A program made the translations under genes and the position numbers. This document shows positions 1 through 13,230 of a DNA stretch of 64,000 nucleotides, in pieces; position 1 is the first letter of the stretch, and each line of letters starts with the position of its first letter. The stretch is taken from the sequence record NC_042060.1. One strand, 5' to 3'. A model generated the notes under the pieces. The model was not told the origin of the DNA. It saw nothing but the letters and a program-made list of their open reading frames with translations, and did not search any database.

Positions 1-2929
<2,929 letters not shown>

Positions 2930-2957
2930 TTAAGATCATAAGATCATGGTCTAACAG

Positions 2958-2990
2958 CATAAAAGGGAGCCATGAAGGCTCCCCGTTATG
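2958..2990. terminator. Intrinsic terminator hairpin with CATAA/TTATG flanks
   Basis: GGGAGCC (2965-2971) pairs with GGCTCCC (2977-2983); a T-tract follows on the minus strand. Confidence 0.75.
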
Positions 2991-2994
2991 TTTG

Positions 2995-5445
2995 TTACTT
3001 AATGGCACGATTCACAGCAGTGTTAATTGCATTGGTAAGAGCTACAATGTAATCAACTAGAACGGTGTGGTTTTCAGCCGATTGGCCAACAACTTCCCAT
3101 ACTGCACTAGCTAGTTGCCGGACTTTCTTTTTACCGGCTTTACTATCCATGCTAGCCACTTTAGAGATATCACGGTTAGCTTGGTCAAGACGACGTACAC
3201 CGCGGTTACCGCTAACTTTTAGAGAGGCATTACCAAGACCAATTAGAACTTTAGAAAGTTTCATTAGTTCAGTAACGTCCTTACGGCTAACTTTAGCAGT
3301 AGCAGTACCGGTAGCACCCCATTCACCAGTTGGAAGTGCAATAGCAGCTAATCGTTCAATATCTTTACTAGTGCGACCAGTTACATCACGGCCAGACTTC
3401 TCGAAGGTAAAACTACCTTCTAGTTTTCCACTGATAAATGAACTCTCAGGATATTTCTTAACAGGTACTTCTAATTTAGTTGCTTCTTCTAGAGCCTTAT
3501 CAATAGCTTCTTCACTATCAGCTTCAATAGCAGTTGATAGGTGACCAACTAAACGTTCGATGTATTCACCATCGATTTTGAAGCATTTGTTAATAATATC
3601 GCTAATACGACGAACTTCTCCAGCAACACCGCGTACTAGATTATCATCACCTTTTAGAATACCATTAATTTTGATTTCTTTATTTTCAAAATTATCAGTA
3701 TCTTTAAGCTTAACTAGAAGTTGGTCAGCTTTAGTATTAGCTGCGGCTAGTTCTTTTTGGTTAGCTTTAACATGGATGGATGCATTTGCACCTTCAGCAA
3801 TGTTGTCGATAATATTTCGAACAAACTTACCAATAGTGCTATTAAATGATTCTAGCGAAGTAACCATCGCCTTATAGTAATCTTCTAGATTACCATAACC
3901 ATAATCTTCCATTGCTGGAACACCAGGTGAATAGACATCAAAGGCGTTATGCAGGCGTTCTAAACAGCTATTAGCATGTACGATGAACTGAGGACTATAT
4001 TGCTTATGTTCTAGGCCATAATGTAGAATCTCAAGCATGGATTCATTTGATGCCTGCTCTTCAAGTAATTGACCAATGGTTTTCTTACCATCTTCAATGT
4101 CATCTTCAAGCTTATCGGCTTCTTCAACTGCCTCATCAGCAGTCTCGTCAGCTTCTTCAACATCATCTTCAGTTACTTCTACGTCAACATCCGGGATGTC
4201 AATTTCACCTTCAGCTAACTTTTCTTCGATGTCATCTTCTGAAACGTCATCATCTGTTTCTGCAACAATTGTTTCACTGTCGTCTTCAACAGCACCTTCT
4301 TCAATTGTTGGTTCGGAAATAGTAGATGCCGTTTCGGTTTCAGCAACTGTTTCTTCAGTTTCAGCTTCATTGATTAATACATCAGTAGAATCACTGTCAT
4401 CATTAGTTAATTCTTCTTCAGCTTCATCCCGAACTTCTTCCAATTCGCTTAAGCCTTCTTCAGCTACTTCTGCTGTTTCGGCAGCTTCTTCTACAATTGG
4501 ATCAGTTACAGCTACTTCTTCATCAACTGCTACGATTTCATCTGGTTCAGCTTCAGCAGGAACACTTTCAGATTCCGCCTCTACTACTTCAGCTACTTCA
4601 CTATCAGTTGTATCCGGCGTATCTTCTACGGTTTCAACAACTTCTGTTTCAGCATCAGCTACAGCTGGTTCAGTAATTTCGACTTCTTCTGTTTCAGTGA
4701 TCTCTGTCTCAGGTTCATCATTGGAACTTTCATCAGCAGTTGTTTGCTCAGCACCGGCTTCTTCAGGAGTTACATCGTCATCAATACCAGGGACTGCTTC
4801 ACTTACAACTTCACCAGCATCTAACACTTCATCTGGTAGTGTATCCATGGTTGATGAAACAGGTTCATCACCAGCTGGAAGTTCCTCAGATAGTGGTGCA
4901 GGCGGTGGAGTTTCGTCACCAAGTGGGGTTTCTTCAGTGGGGGTTAATTCCACTGCTGTTTCACCAGGTGCTTCTGCAACAGGTACTAGTTCAGTATCAT
5001 CAGCCGCATCTTGTGCAGCTTCAATAATTTCAGTGGTTGAATCTAAAACCTCTTTACCGCCTTCAGAAATTGTACCGATTTCTTCAGCGATTTCAGCTTC
5101 AGCAACTTTAACTGCTTCTTCGCCTTCTTCGACACTAGTGGTAGCTAGCGGTTCAGGAATACTTTCCTCAACAACAGTTTCTTCTGGTACAACTTCTTCA
5201 ACAATTACTGCTGACTTATCAGCAGCATGTGCTGTTTCTTCATGTTCTTCAGCAGAGATAATATCAGTATCTGTTTTAACAGTTTCATTCTCAATAGTTG
5301 CAGATGCATCATTATCTTTCTTTAAATCTTGAACTAGTTCATGATCATCTTTAACAGATGTCTCGACTTTGGATACATCCTGTTCCACAGCCGTACCATC
5401 TTGGTTCTCAAGGCTGGCTACATATTTGTGAATATTTACCATCAT
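2995..5445 (-). CDS. Inner-body/head ejection protein (gp97-like), 816 aa, with long acidic N-terminal propeptide
   Basis: Extremely E/D/T/V-rich first ~450 aa; S/A-x-E processing motifs (ASLE, AME, TSLE) typical of phiKZ head-protease substrates. Confidence 0.75.
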   Translation of the reverse strand: MMVNIHKYVASLENQDGTAVEQDVSKVETSVKDDHELVQDLKKDNDASATIENETVKTDTDIISAEEHEETAHAADKSAVIVEEVVPEETVVEESIPEPLATTSVEEGEEAVKVAEAEIAEEIGTISEGGKEVLDSTTEIIEAAQDAADDTELVPVAEAPGETAVELTPTEETPLGDETPPPAPLSEELPAGDEPVSSTMDTLPDEVLDAGEVVSEAVPGIDDDVTPEEAGAEQTTADESSNDEPETEITETEEVEITEPAVADAETEVVETVEDTPDTTDSEVAEVVEAESESVPAEAEPDEIVAVDEEVAVTDPIVEEAAETAEVAEEGLSELEEVRDEAEEELTNDDSDSTDVLINEAETEETVAETETASTISEPTIEEGAVEDDSETIVAETDDDVSEDDIEEKLAEGEIDIPDVDVEVTEDDVEEADETADEAVEEADKLEDDIEDGKKTIGQLLEEQASNESMLEILHYGLEHKQYSPQFIVHANSCLERLHNAFDVYSPGVPAMEDYGYGNLEDYYKAMVTSLESFNSTIGKFVRNIIDNIAEGANASIHVKANQKELAAANTKADQLLVKLKDTDNFENKEIKINGILKGDDNLVRGVAGEVRRISDIINKCFKIDGEYIERLVGHLSTAIEADSEEAIDKALEEATKLEVPVKKYPESSFISGKLEGSFTFEKSGRDVTGRTSKDIERLAAIALPTGEWGATGTATAKVSRKDVTELMKLSKVLIGLGNASLKVSGNRGVRRLDQANRDISKVASMDSKAGKKKVRQLASAVWEVVGQSAENHTVLVDYIVALTNAINTAVNRAIK

Positions 5446-5544
5446 GTTAATATACCTTCTGTACAGAGTTTATGAGTTATGCTATTCGTCTTAGTCATAA
5501 CTCCAAGCGACGAACGTTAACATTCAAAATATTGCGCTGGAATC

Positions 5545-6660
5545 TTACTTTAGATTTTCATCGCATACATTGAGTATGGCAGTCAAATTACGACATGTTA
5601 ATTTAAATAGGTCGTGATAAGGAATAGCCAACCAATCAACATATGTTTCTACCAATGAAACAAGTTCTTGTATTTCTCTATCAGGTCGCCCTTCATTACG
5701 AGCACGTGTTAGTTCATCTCTAAACCTGATTAATGCACCTTTAAGAGTCCTTAACCGTTCATTTCGACGAGTACGCATTGATGCAGCATTTGCACGATTG
5801 ATCTTATCAACTACCTTAACAACTCGATCAATAATACTTTCAGTAACTTGATGGTTGAAATGTTCAAATTCTATTTCGACTGGTAGTGGTCTAGGGGTTT
5901 CTTCAGATGGAACTAACCGTGAAGAAATATCCCTACACTGATCATAAGCACTTGCATTCTTATCGGGATTATAGTTAATTACAATTTGATGATTACCTAG
6001 CAAATGCAATGATACAAATCGATTACCTTGATCGCGATAAACAGATGGTGTGGTTATTTTAGTTGGGGCACTATTTAATAGTAGTTCTGCTAAAGCATCT
6101 GGACTAGCATTTGGATTCATATACGAAGGTATGATATTAGCTGGCCTTAGAATCACATTGTCTAATCCATTGATATACCCATCAACTACTGTCTCCAATA
6201 CGCGTAAGTGAGATAACAAATTAGCACTATTGGTAATAGGTTTATATCTAACACTTAAGTTCTGAATACGAGTTGTAATTAGAAATGTAGGATTCTTATT
6301 TTTACGAGTTCTAGCACGACTGTTAACTCGTAAGTTTTCTGCTCGAATTGCAACATATTCAGCAGTAGCTGCTAGCACTACTCCACTATCCATCAGTTTC
6401 TCAATAGTGGTAACAAATAGTTTTATAACTCGATCAATAACATGTTTAATAGTATCACTAATATCTTCAGTAGATACAACATCCTCTAATTCTTTGATAA
6501 CCCCTTGGATCTGATTATAATCTTCCATACCGCCTAATAGATCCATCACTCGCCTAGCTAACGCTTCATCGCCTGATAATAAATCTGCAAGTCTTTTAGG
6601 TTCATCAAGATCAATAATCATTTCATCTGGAGTATCTTTATAAATATCAATTAATTCCAT
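5545..6660 (-). CDS. Head protein (gp96-like), 371 aa
   Basis: ORF with GGAG SD; GME and STE motifs; synteny. Confidence 0.65.
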   Translation of the reverse strand: MELIDIYKDTPDEMIIDLDEPKRLADLLSGDEALARRVMDLLGGMEDYNQIQGVIKELEDVVSTEDISDTIKHVIDRVIKLFVTTIEKLMDSGVVLAATAEYVAIRAENLRVNSRARTRKNKNPTFLITTRIQNLSVRYKPITNSANLLSHLRVLETVVDGYINGLDNVILRPANIIPSYMNPNASPDALAELLLNSAPTKITTPSVYRDQGNRFVSLHLLGNHQIVINYNPDKNASAYDQCRDISSRLVPSEETPRPLPVEIEFEHFNHQVTESIIDRVVKVVDKINRANAASMRTRRNERLRTLKGALIRFRDELTRARNEGRPDREIQELVSLVETYVDWLAIPYHDLFKLTCRNLTAILNVCDENLK

Positions 6661-6673
6661 TGCTAACTCCTAA

Positions 6674-6708
6674 CATAAGACGGGACTCTTCCGAGCCCCG
6701 TCGATATG
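6674..6708. terminator. Intrinsic terminator-like hairpin
   Basis: GACGGG (6679-6684) pairs with CCCGTC (6697-6702); flanks are CATAA and ATATG. Confidence 0.6.
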
Positions 6709-6721
6709 TCGTCACTTATCA

Positions 6722-8365
6722 TTATTCTGCTTGGAATTTAGTGTTAATTACACTATTATAAAGTCCAGTTGCAGTATTTGCGTAACGCATTGCTTCACGA
6801 ATAATGGAGTCATGTTTAGGTGCACTATCTGTAATAATAGATGCTACCTTACGTGATACTTCTTCGATCTGTTCTTTAGAAACATCGTCGATTTTATCAC
6901 TCTCTAGTTTCCGTGAAAGTTGATCAACATCATCTTCAAGTTGCTTAATGGCTTTAACAATATTCCGACCGCCAGTGATAACATCAGCTGCATCATCAAC
7001 CAGATTACGTAGAGCTACCGCTTCTTTCTTAGCTTGACTCTTATCAAAGTTCTTTAAAGTCACTTCAGTGCCAGGTTCTGCGGCTGTCTCATCATCCGTT
7101 AGATATACTTGAGTAGCAGTCGTAGTTACAAGCTTATTACCCGGTAAAGTGTTAGATGTACTAGCGTAGTGTTTGAGAGGTCCATCTTGAAGTTTGTCCA
7201 TCTTCTCAACTAGTTCACTAGCATCATTACGCTCTGGATCCCAAGCTTTAAGCACAGTGCCAATATTCGTTAGGTAGGTAGCATAGTCTTTTGCATATAC
7301 AGATGCCATCCATTTAACGATAGGGCCATATCCAACGTTAGCTGAAGGCTGAATGAATTTACCATTAGCAAATACGGGTCCACCATTTTTAACAGGAACC
7401 GTTAATTCACTGGGTATATTTTCAAACTTAGCATTTTGGATAGCTAAAATGAGTTCATCAACTTTTACGCTCACACGCGGTACACTATTCTTAAGACTAT
7501 CCCATACGTGGCTAATAATTTCACGTAGTTTAGCAATAGCTTTCTTGATATAAGCAAGCGCCTTACGACTTAACTCTTTAATATCCTCAGTTGAAATCTT
7601 AACTGGATATAAATGACTTTTACCACCAGTTGTATAGTTTTCTAATGAGCTAGTTAAAGTATTATCACCAAGTACATGACGATGTGGTAAGAGTGCAGAA
7701 TGAATAAATGCAGCTGTACTTTGACTGATACCATTAATACCAGCTTGTCGAACAAGAGCTTTAATTGACTCTAGGGCATATGCGGTATTTAGACCTTGAT
7801 TGATATCTTGCACTGCTGTAGTAACTACTTGTGCATTACCAATGTCCATGAAATCAGTAGGTTTATCCATATCCACTGCAACAGCGATCTGTGGCACCAC
7901 GCCATTATGTGCTAGTGGAATAGAACTATCTTTGGCAGCCTGATCAGCGATTTGCTGAGTTACTGTTTCACCACCTTGTGGATTCTCTCCTTCGGCACCT
8001 GCTGGAATAACTGTTTCAACAGCAACATTAGGTTGTTCAGGAATAGGGGGTACTTCTGTTACTACATCTGTTTCAACTACGGTAACTGGTACAGCTGGTT
8101 GTTCAACTAGAGTAGCAGCTGGAGTCTCAACAATAACGCCATTATTAGGAGTATTAACAATAGTGGTATCTGCATCCACTGGTGCAGTTGGTGTTACACC
8201 AACATTAATGTCAGACACATCTTGAATAGTATTTTCAGGCACAGCGTCTTCAGAAATACAATCGCCACTGGTCATGGCTGCTACTTTATCAACTGCTGTT
8301 TCAGGAATAGGTACCTCAGTATAGTCTTCTAGACTATCTAGATACTCATTGAGTTTAAATGTCAT
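6722..8365 (-). CDS. Inner-body head protein (gp95-like), 547 aa, paralog of neighbours
   Basis: Shares the G-I-S/T-x-x-x-A-A-F block and SLE/ALE/STE motifs with 8453..9970 and 10040..11347. Confidence 0.75.
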   Translation of the reverse strand: MTFKLNEYLDSLEDYTEVPIPETAVDKVAAMTSGDCISEDAVPENTIQDVSDINVGVTPTAPVDADTTIVNTPNNGVIVETPAATLVEQPAVPVTVVETDVVTEVPPIPEQPNVAVETVIPAGAEGENPQGGETVTQQIADQAAKDSSIPLAHNGVVPQIAVAVDMDKPTDFMDIGNAQVVTTAVQDINQGLNTAYALESIKALVRQAGINGISQSTAAFIHSALLPHRHVLGDNTLTSSLENYTTGGKSHLYPVKISTEDIKELSRKALAYIKKAIAKLREIISHVWDSLKNSVPRVSVKVDELILAIQNAKFENIPSELTVPVKNGGPVFANGKFIQPSANVGYGPIVKWMASVYAKDYATYLTNIGTVLKAWDPERNDASELVEKMDKLQDGPLKHYASTSNTLPGNKLVTTTATQVYLTDDETAAEPGTEVTLKNFDKSQAKKEAVALRNLVDDAADVITGGRNIVKAIKQLEDDVDQLSRKLESDKIDDVSKEQIEEVSRKVASIITDSAPKHDSIIREAMRYANTATGLYNSVINTKFQAE

Positions 8366-8452
8366 GTTATTTCCTCAAGGAATTTCTTTGCGCGCGTTTA
8401 ACAATAAACCATAGAATTAGGTACTTAGATAAAAATGAACACTTAGATATAT

Positions 8453-9970
8453 TTATTGGCCATATCTTTCTAATTCCATATTACAAACAGCATTTCGTTG
8501 CTTTGCAATACGTAATAGGTAACTAATTAGTGTTGCGTATTCTGGTGACATATCGGTGATAAAGCCATTAATTAAAGATATAATCTCATTTGCATCATCA
8601 CGAGCACCTTTCCAAATAGCTTTAGACCTACGTAGCTCCATGTCTTCAATACCCTGTGCAACTTTCTTCAGTTGTTCAAGGATATCTTTTTCAGCTTTAA
8701 ATAGATCACCTAAACGACGAATAGCTTCTTTATTAACTTCTAATGTTTTACGCACTTCAATAGGAGGCCTTGGTTCGATCGTGATTGTATCTGGACCATC
8801 ACCATGATTATCTTCACCAAGTCGTGGAGCATATTTATCTTTCTGGAATATAAGTTTACTATTACCAGGTAGAGAAGTATCTTTTACTTTATCTAACTGA
8901 TTAGCTTCACCAATAAATTCAAAAGCCTCTTTAAACTTATCTAGTTCATTATCTTCTAAGTCGTAGTCTTTAATTAATTTAACTACTTTATCAATGTTTG
9001 ATCTAGCTATATTTGGCCATTCTTTAGCTAGAAATTGACTAACTTTTGTTTCATTAGTTAAATCGTCTAAAACAAATTCATCACCAATGAATAACATTTT
9101 AGGATTGTCAATCTTAATTGACATATCAAAATCAGGTGTTACCCTTTCATTTGATACGATTGGCTTATTGATTAAACTTTTCGCTTTTTCAATTAACTCA
9201 TCAGTTTTATCTTCAACTGATTTGATTCCAGTTAGTACACGCTGTGCCGCTACTTTAGCTTGTTCAATAACATGGACTATTAAAGCAAGTATCTTTTTAC
9301 CTATACTTTCAATACGTTCTTTTATTTCTTCTTGAGAAATATTTACAAAACGCATAGCGCTGCTAGGGGTTGCATTAAAATCTTCAATACTAATCTTTTC
9401 AAAGCCGATAAGCTTATCAATTGATTCTAATGTAACGTGCATAAAAGCAGCTGATTGTTTAGTAATACCTCTATCACCAGCGGTATTTAATAAATCTATA
9501 AAACATTCTAAACTAGTACGCGCATGCAGTAATTGATTTAGCTGATATGTCATGTTTTGAGATGGAGGTGCATCATACGCAAAGATATTTAAATGATCAT
9601 CATCACTATCTAAATCTTTACCATCCACTGGTGTAGGTCTATTATCAGGACTTTCTCGGGTATCATGGGGTGATGCTGGATATTCTTCTGATGCGACGTA
9701 TGTTTTACCAAATGAATCAACTTCAGTAACTAAACCACGATCTGATTTCCAATGGATATTAGGTTTATGTGCTTCTTCAACATCTAACCCATTATTAGTT
9801 GCTTTTACATCATTTGGTAATTCATCAATTAATTTGGCAGCTTCTTCTGGTTCTTTAGATATTTGCTTGTCGTCTGTAGCAGCGTGCTTTAGTTTGGCTT
9901 TCGCGACTTTTTCTTTTACTTCGACAACACCATAACCTTCTAAACTATCAAGTAATTTATTTAAGTTCAT
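8453..9970 (-). CDS. Head protein (gp94-like), 505 aa, paralog family
   Basis: GITKQSAAFMHVTLESIDKLIG is nearly identical in pattern to GISRQAAAFMHVGMESIDRILG of the next gene. Confidence 0.75.
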   Translation of the reverse strand: MNLNKLLDSLEGYGVVEVKEKVAKAKLKHAATDDKQISKEPEEAAKLIDELPNDVKATNNGLDVEEAHKPNIHWKSDRGLVTEVDSFGKTYVASEEYPASPHDTRESPDNRPTPVDGKDLDSDDDHLNIFAYDAPPSQNMTYQLNQLLHARTSLECFIDLLNTAGDRGITKQSAAFMHVTLESIDKLIGFEKISIEDFNATPSSAMRFVNISQEEIKERIESIGKKILALIVHVIEQAKVAAQRVLTGIKSVEDKTDELIEKAKSLINKPIVSNERVTPDFDMSIKIDNPKMLFIGDEFVLDDLTNETKVSQFLAKEWPNIARSNIDKVVKLIKDYDLEDNELDKFKEAFEFIGEANQLDKVKDTSLPGNSKLIFQKDKYAPRLGEDNHGDGPDTITIEPRPPIEVRKTLEVNKEAIRRLGDLFKAEKDILEQLKKVAQGIEDMELRRSKAIWKGARDDANEIISLINGFITDMSPEYATLISYLLRIAKQRNAVCNMELERYGQ

Positions 9971-10002
9971 TTACAATTCCTCAAGAATACTTAATTACAT
10001 AG

Positions 10003-10035
10003 CATAAGAGGAACCCCGAAGGGTTCCTCATTATG
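10003..10035. terminator. Intrinsic terminator (UUCG loop on minus strand)
   Basis: GAGGAACCC / GGGTTCCTC 9-bp stem; CATAA and TTATG flanks. Confidence 0.8.
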
Positions 10036-10039
10036 TTTG

Positions 10040-11347
10040 TTACTTCTCATCATTCTCAGATGCTTTAGAAGTTTCTTTGCCATATGCAGCTAGTTCATAT
10101 TTAACAATAAATGTATATTGCGCAGCGATGCATTTAGCAATATAGTTAACTAGTGCACTATTGTCAATGCCACCAATATTCAGTGCATCACGTGCTGTTT
10201 CTTTTGACATACCTGCTTCGTCAGGATTCCAATCAGCTAGGGCCTTTTCAAGATTCTCAGCAATCTTGTAATCAATCTTATTAAAGTCCTGTAGTTTAAT
10301 AACAAGACCTTTAAGAATATTAAGATGTGCTAAGATTTTACTCGGTGCACGGACATCAACTTCAACTTCATGTAGATCCGTTTCCCCATCACCCTCAACA
10401 ACTTCCCACTTATTCACACCTGACTTAGAAGAAGTAACTTCTAACTTAACATTACCAGGAGCTTTCTCAACGGCTTTATTAATATCTTCAGCCATCTTAG
10501 CTTGTAAATCACTGGTGACTTGATCAATATCAATAGACTTGTCACCTTTGAGATAACGTACTCCAAGTTCGCCATATTTCCTAAGAGCAGATACATACTG
10601 GGTTGAGAATACAGTCATGAAGTCTGCAATAGTCTTCGGATTATTTGCAATAAAGCCACTACTAGATACCATATACTCAGAAGGAGTGAACTTAATCTCT
10701 TCTTTCTTTAGATCACCGGCTTTGAGTGATTTAATAGCATCAATAGTTTTAGTAATACGCATATCGAGTGCAATCAGCTTAGGATTAAAATCTTTAATCT
10801 TCTGCTTTATCATTGCAACAATCTTCTTGATAATCTCTAAAGCTTTCTTACCTGCTTCTTTTAGTTTCTCTTTGAGATCCTCAAGAGAGATAACTGCTGC
10901 TTTCTGAATAGCGCTGCGTGGAGAAGCATCGTAATTCTCAAGCGCGGCAGTGAGTCCAGATTTTTCAATACCTAGGATACGATCAATTGATTCCATGCCA
11001 ACATGCATGAAGGCAGCTGCTTGACGAGAGATACCATCTTCACCAGCTTGAAGTAAAAGACCTTGGAACTTTTCAAGTGCTTCTTTAGCATCTTCAATTA
11101 GCCCTAATTCATCTTCAGCTTGAACAATAGTTACTTCAGTATCTAATGCAGTTGGTTGAATAGCATCATCTGCATCAAGAACTTCTTCTACGGGATTATT
11201 TTCAATCTGATCTACTTCTGCTAAAACGGATGATACATCAGCAGAAGTTTTATTTTCAACGACTAATTCAACATCACCATGAATCGTAGTGCCTTGATCT
11301 TCAATTGATTCAAGTGATAGTTTGTCTAGCATTTTAAGTAGAGACAT
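10040..11347 (-). CDS. Major inner-body protein (gp93-like), 435 aa
   Basis: Multiple SLE/ALE/GME motifs in the N-terminal third; paralog of neighbours; synteny. Confidence 0.75.
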   Translation of the reverse strand: MSLLKMLDKLSLESIEDQGTTIHGDVELVVENKTSADVSSVLAEVDQIENNPVEEVLDADDAIQPTALDTEVTIVQAEDELGLIEDAKEALEKFQGLLLQAGEDGISRQAAAFMHVGMESIDRILGIEKSGLTAALENYDASPRSAIQKAAVISLEDLKEKLKEAGKKALEIIKKIVAMIKQKIKDFNPKLIALDMRITKTIDAIKSLKAGDLKKEEIKFTPSEYMVSSSGFIANNPKTIADFMTVFSTQYVSALRKYGELGVRYLKGDKSIDIDQVTSDLQAKMAEDINKAVEKAPGNVKLEVTSSKSGVNKWEVVEGDGETDLHEVEVDVRAPSKILAHLNILKGLVIKLQDFNKIDYKIAENLEKALADWNPDEAGMSKETARDALNIGGIDNSALVNYIAKCIAAQYTFIVKYELAAYGKETSKASENDEK

Positions 11348-11352
11348 GTTAA

Positions 11353-12675
11353 TTACCTTACCTGGGAGGGATTATTTACTTGTTCTTGCGTAGGTCTTTG
11401 AATTGGACGCTGGTAAGCTTTTAATTCTAACTCGGTCACGAATACTAGTCGACCCATTACTCTGACTAAACCAGCAAGAGCATTACTAAAATCTGTTACA
11501 ACGCGACTTACATTATTGATCATTAATGTAATTGAATTAATGATATTTGAGATAGCAGGGATGCCATCAGGTGCATCAGGATCTTGAACTTTTGCTTGAC
11601 GATTTCGCATATTAGATTGTTGTGCCCGAATCCTACCAGCTTGTTGACGATTAGTCTCGGCTAACTGCATTAACCTACCAAATTCAAAATCTAGTTTAGT
11701 TGCATAATCTTTTCTAGCATCTATACGTTTAGCCATTTCGCTTAATAATACTAACCGTCTTCCAATTGAACTCGTATCATTAACCTTAAAGGTATTGTTA
11801 CCTTCAGGTGCATCCTTCATAGTAGGAATAGTATAAAACTTAAAGGCAAAATCACGGACAGTATTTACTAAAAAATCCCAATCCCTGATCTCTTCAGTCT
11901 GTGTTTCAGTTGGCCCTGCGCCAAATAAAGTCTTATTACCTTGAACTGGCATACTACGATAAACTGTAGAACTTACTCTAAATCTATCATCTTTCTTAAT
12001 AGGTACTGCACCCTTCATCCAGTTCTTAACATTAAACTTACTAAAGTCTTGTGCAGCTCTATCAGTCCATTTTTCATCAAATGATAATTTCCTAAGGATA
12101 TCCGCTACAGATTGGATATACAAGAGTAGGGATTTATCATAGAAAGCTATCAAGTTGTTAACTTGCATGAGTATCGGATCAACTGTAGTCGGTTCGAATT
12201 TACCATCAATACTAAATCGTTTAGTATTTTTAAATTTTAATTCTTGCTTAAATGGCTCATGCTTAATATTTTCAGCTCTTTCTAAAAGCATGTTTATTCG
12301 TTCAAGAGTACGTTGATTACCTTGTGTAATAACACGTGCATACTCTTTTAACTCATCTCGATGCTTTGCTTGGGATTTTTTCATTTCATCCCAGGTATTT
12401 CGTGCTGTCTTAGATAGGTCTTCTAATGACACATTCTCAGTTTTTAGAATGTGTTCACTAACAACATCTTGGTTATCTGCATATTTTTGAAATAAGCCAT
12501 CGGTATAGGTTTTAACTAAAATGTCTTTTTCAGTGCATTCTAATCTACTTTGAATATCTTCAATTGATGGCAATAATTCTTTTAGATATCCATCGCATGT
12601 AGCGATCATATCGACGGGGCTGTCCCCGTCGATTGATTCAAGTAAGACCGAATGACTAAGTGAATTATTAGTCAT
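11353..12675 (-). CDS. Head protein (gp92-like), 440 aa
   Basis: ORF in the head operon; SLE motif; synteny. Confidence 0.65.
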   Translation of the reverse strand: MTNNSLSHSVLLESIDGDSPVDMIATCDGYLKELLPSIEDIQSRLECTEKDILVKTYTDGLFQKYADNQDVVSEHILKTENVSLEDLSKTARNTWDEMKKSQAKHRDELKEYARVITQGNQRTLERINMLLERAENIKHEPFKQELKFKNTKRFSIDGKFEPTTVDPILMQVNNLIAFYDKSLLLYIQSVADILRKLSFDEKWTDRAAQDFSKFNVKNWMKGAVPIKKDDRFRVSSTVYRSMPVQGNKTLFGAGPTETQTEEIRDWDFLVNTVRDFAFKFYTIPTMKDAPEGNNTFKVNDTSSIGRRLVLLSEMAKRIDARKDYATKLDFEFGRLMQLAETNRQQAGRIRAQQSNMRNRQAKVQDPDAPDGIPAISNIINSITLMINNVSRVVTDFSNALAGLVRVMGRLVFVTELELKAYQRPIQRPTQEQVNNPSQVR

Positions 12676-12684
12676 AGATAGTCC

Positions 12685-13230
12685 TCAGTCCTTATCTATT
12701 ACTTCTACAGATCCAAATAGTAGATGTAGGGTATACATTAGATCATTCATACCGTTTTTGTGTTTAACCCAATTCTGGATCATTGAAACAGTATCTAGAT
12801 CTAATTTTAACTCATTAAAGAGAGTAGCAATTTCAGCGCGCGGTTCAATGAGTTGTGCACCAGCATCTGGTTCAGTAGCTAGTAACATTGGCCATTGGGT
12901 AATTGAAATACGTCGATGACCCGTAGCAATGTATCGAACAGTATCTAATAGGAATTGATAATTATAACTATCAATATTACTATTATTGTCCTGTAGAATA
13001 AACCAATTATAGTTTCCGCTAAAAAGACGAATAGCACAAGCTAGAACTTTCTTATGGAATTCCCAATATGCAGTTTGTGCAGGAAAGTTGGTAAAGATAA
13101 GATATAGTTCTTCAACTTGAGGATCACCGGGACGAGCAGTGAACCGTGAAATGGCCTGTTGTTGACCACCTGAGTAATTACGACCAAATGGGCGTACAGC
13201 ATTAGTTGCTGGCATATCAATGCCCTCCAT
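12685..13230 (-). CDS. Conserved head-operon protein (gp91-like), 181 aa
   Basis: TAATG overlap with the upstream gene; synteny. Confidence 0.6.
   Translation of the reverse strand: MEGIDMPATNAVRPFGRNYSGGQQQAISRFTARPGDPQVEELYLIFTNFPAQTAYWEFHKKVLACAIRLFSGNYNWFILQDNNSNIDSYNYQFLLDTVRYIATGHRRISITQWPMLLATEPDAGAQLIEPRAEIATLFNELKLDLDTVSMIQNWVKHKNGMNDLMYTLHLLFGSVEVIDKD

Noticed and set aside
4076-5332. 418-aa Ser-rich + strand ORF (and 3065..3544, 3560..3877, 4047..4322, 4740..5027)
   Set aside because: Antisense shadows of the Glu/Ala-rich gp97-like gene (GAA reads TTC/TCT on the other strand); no SD and implausible composition.
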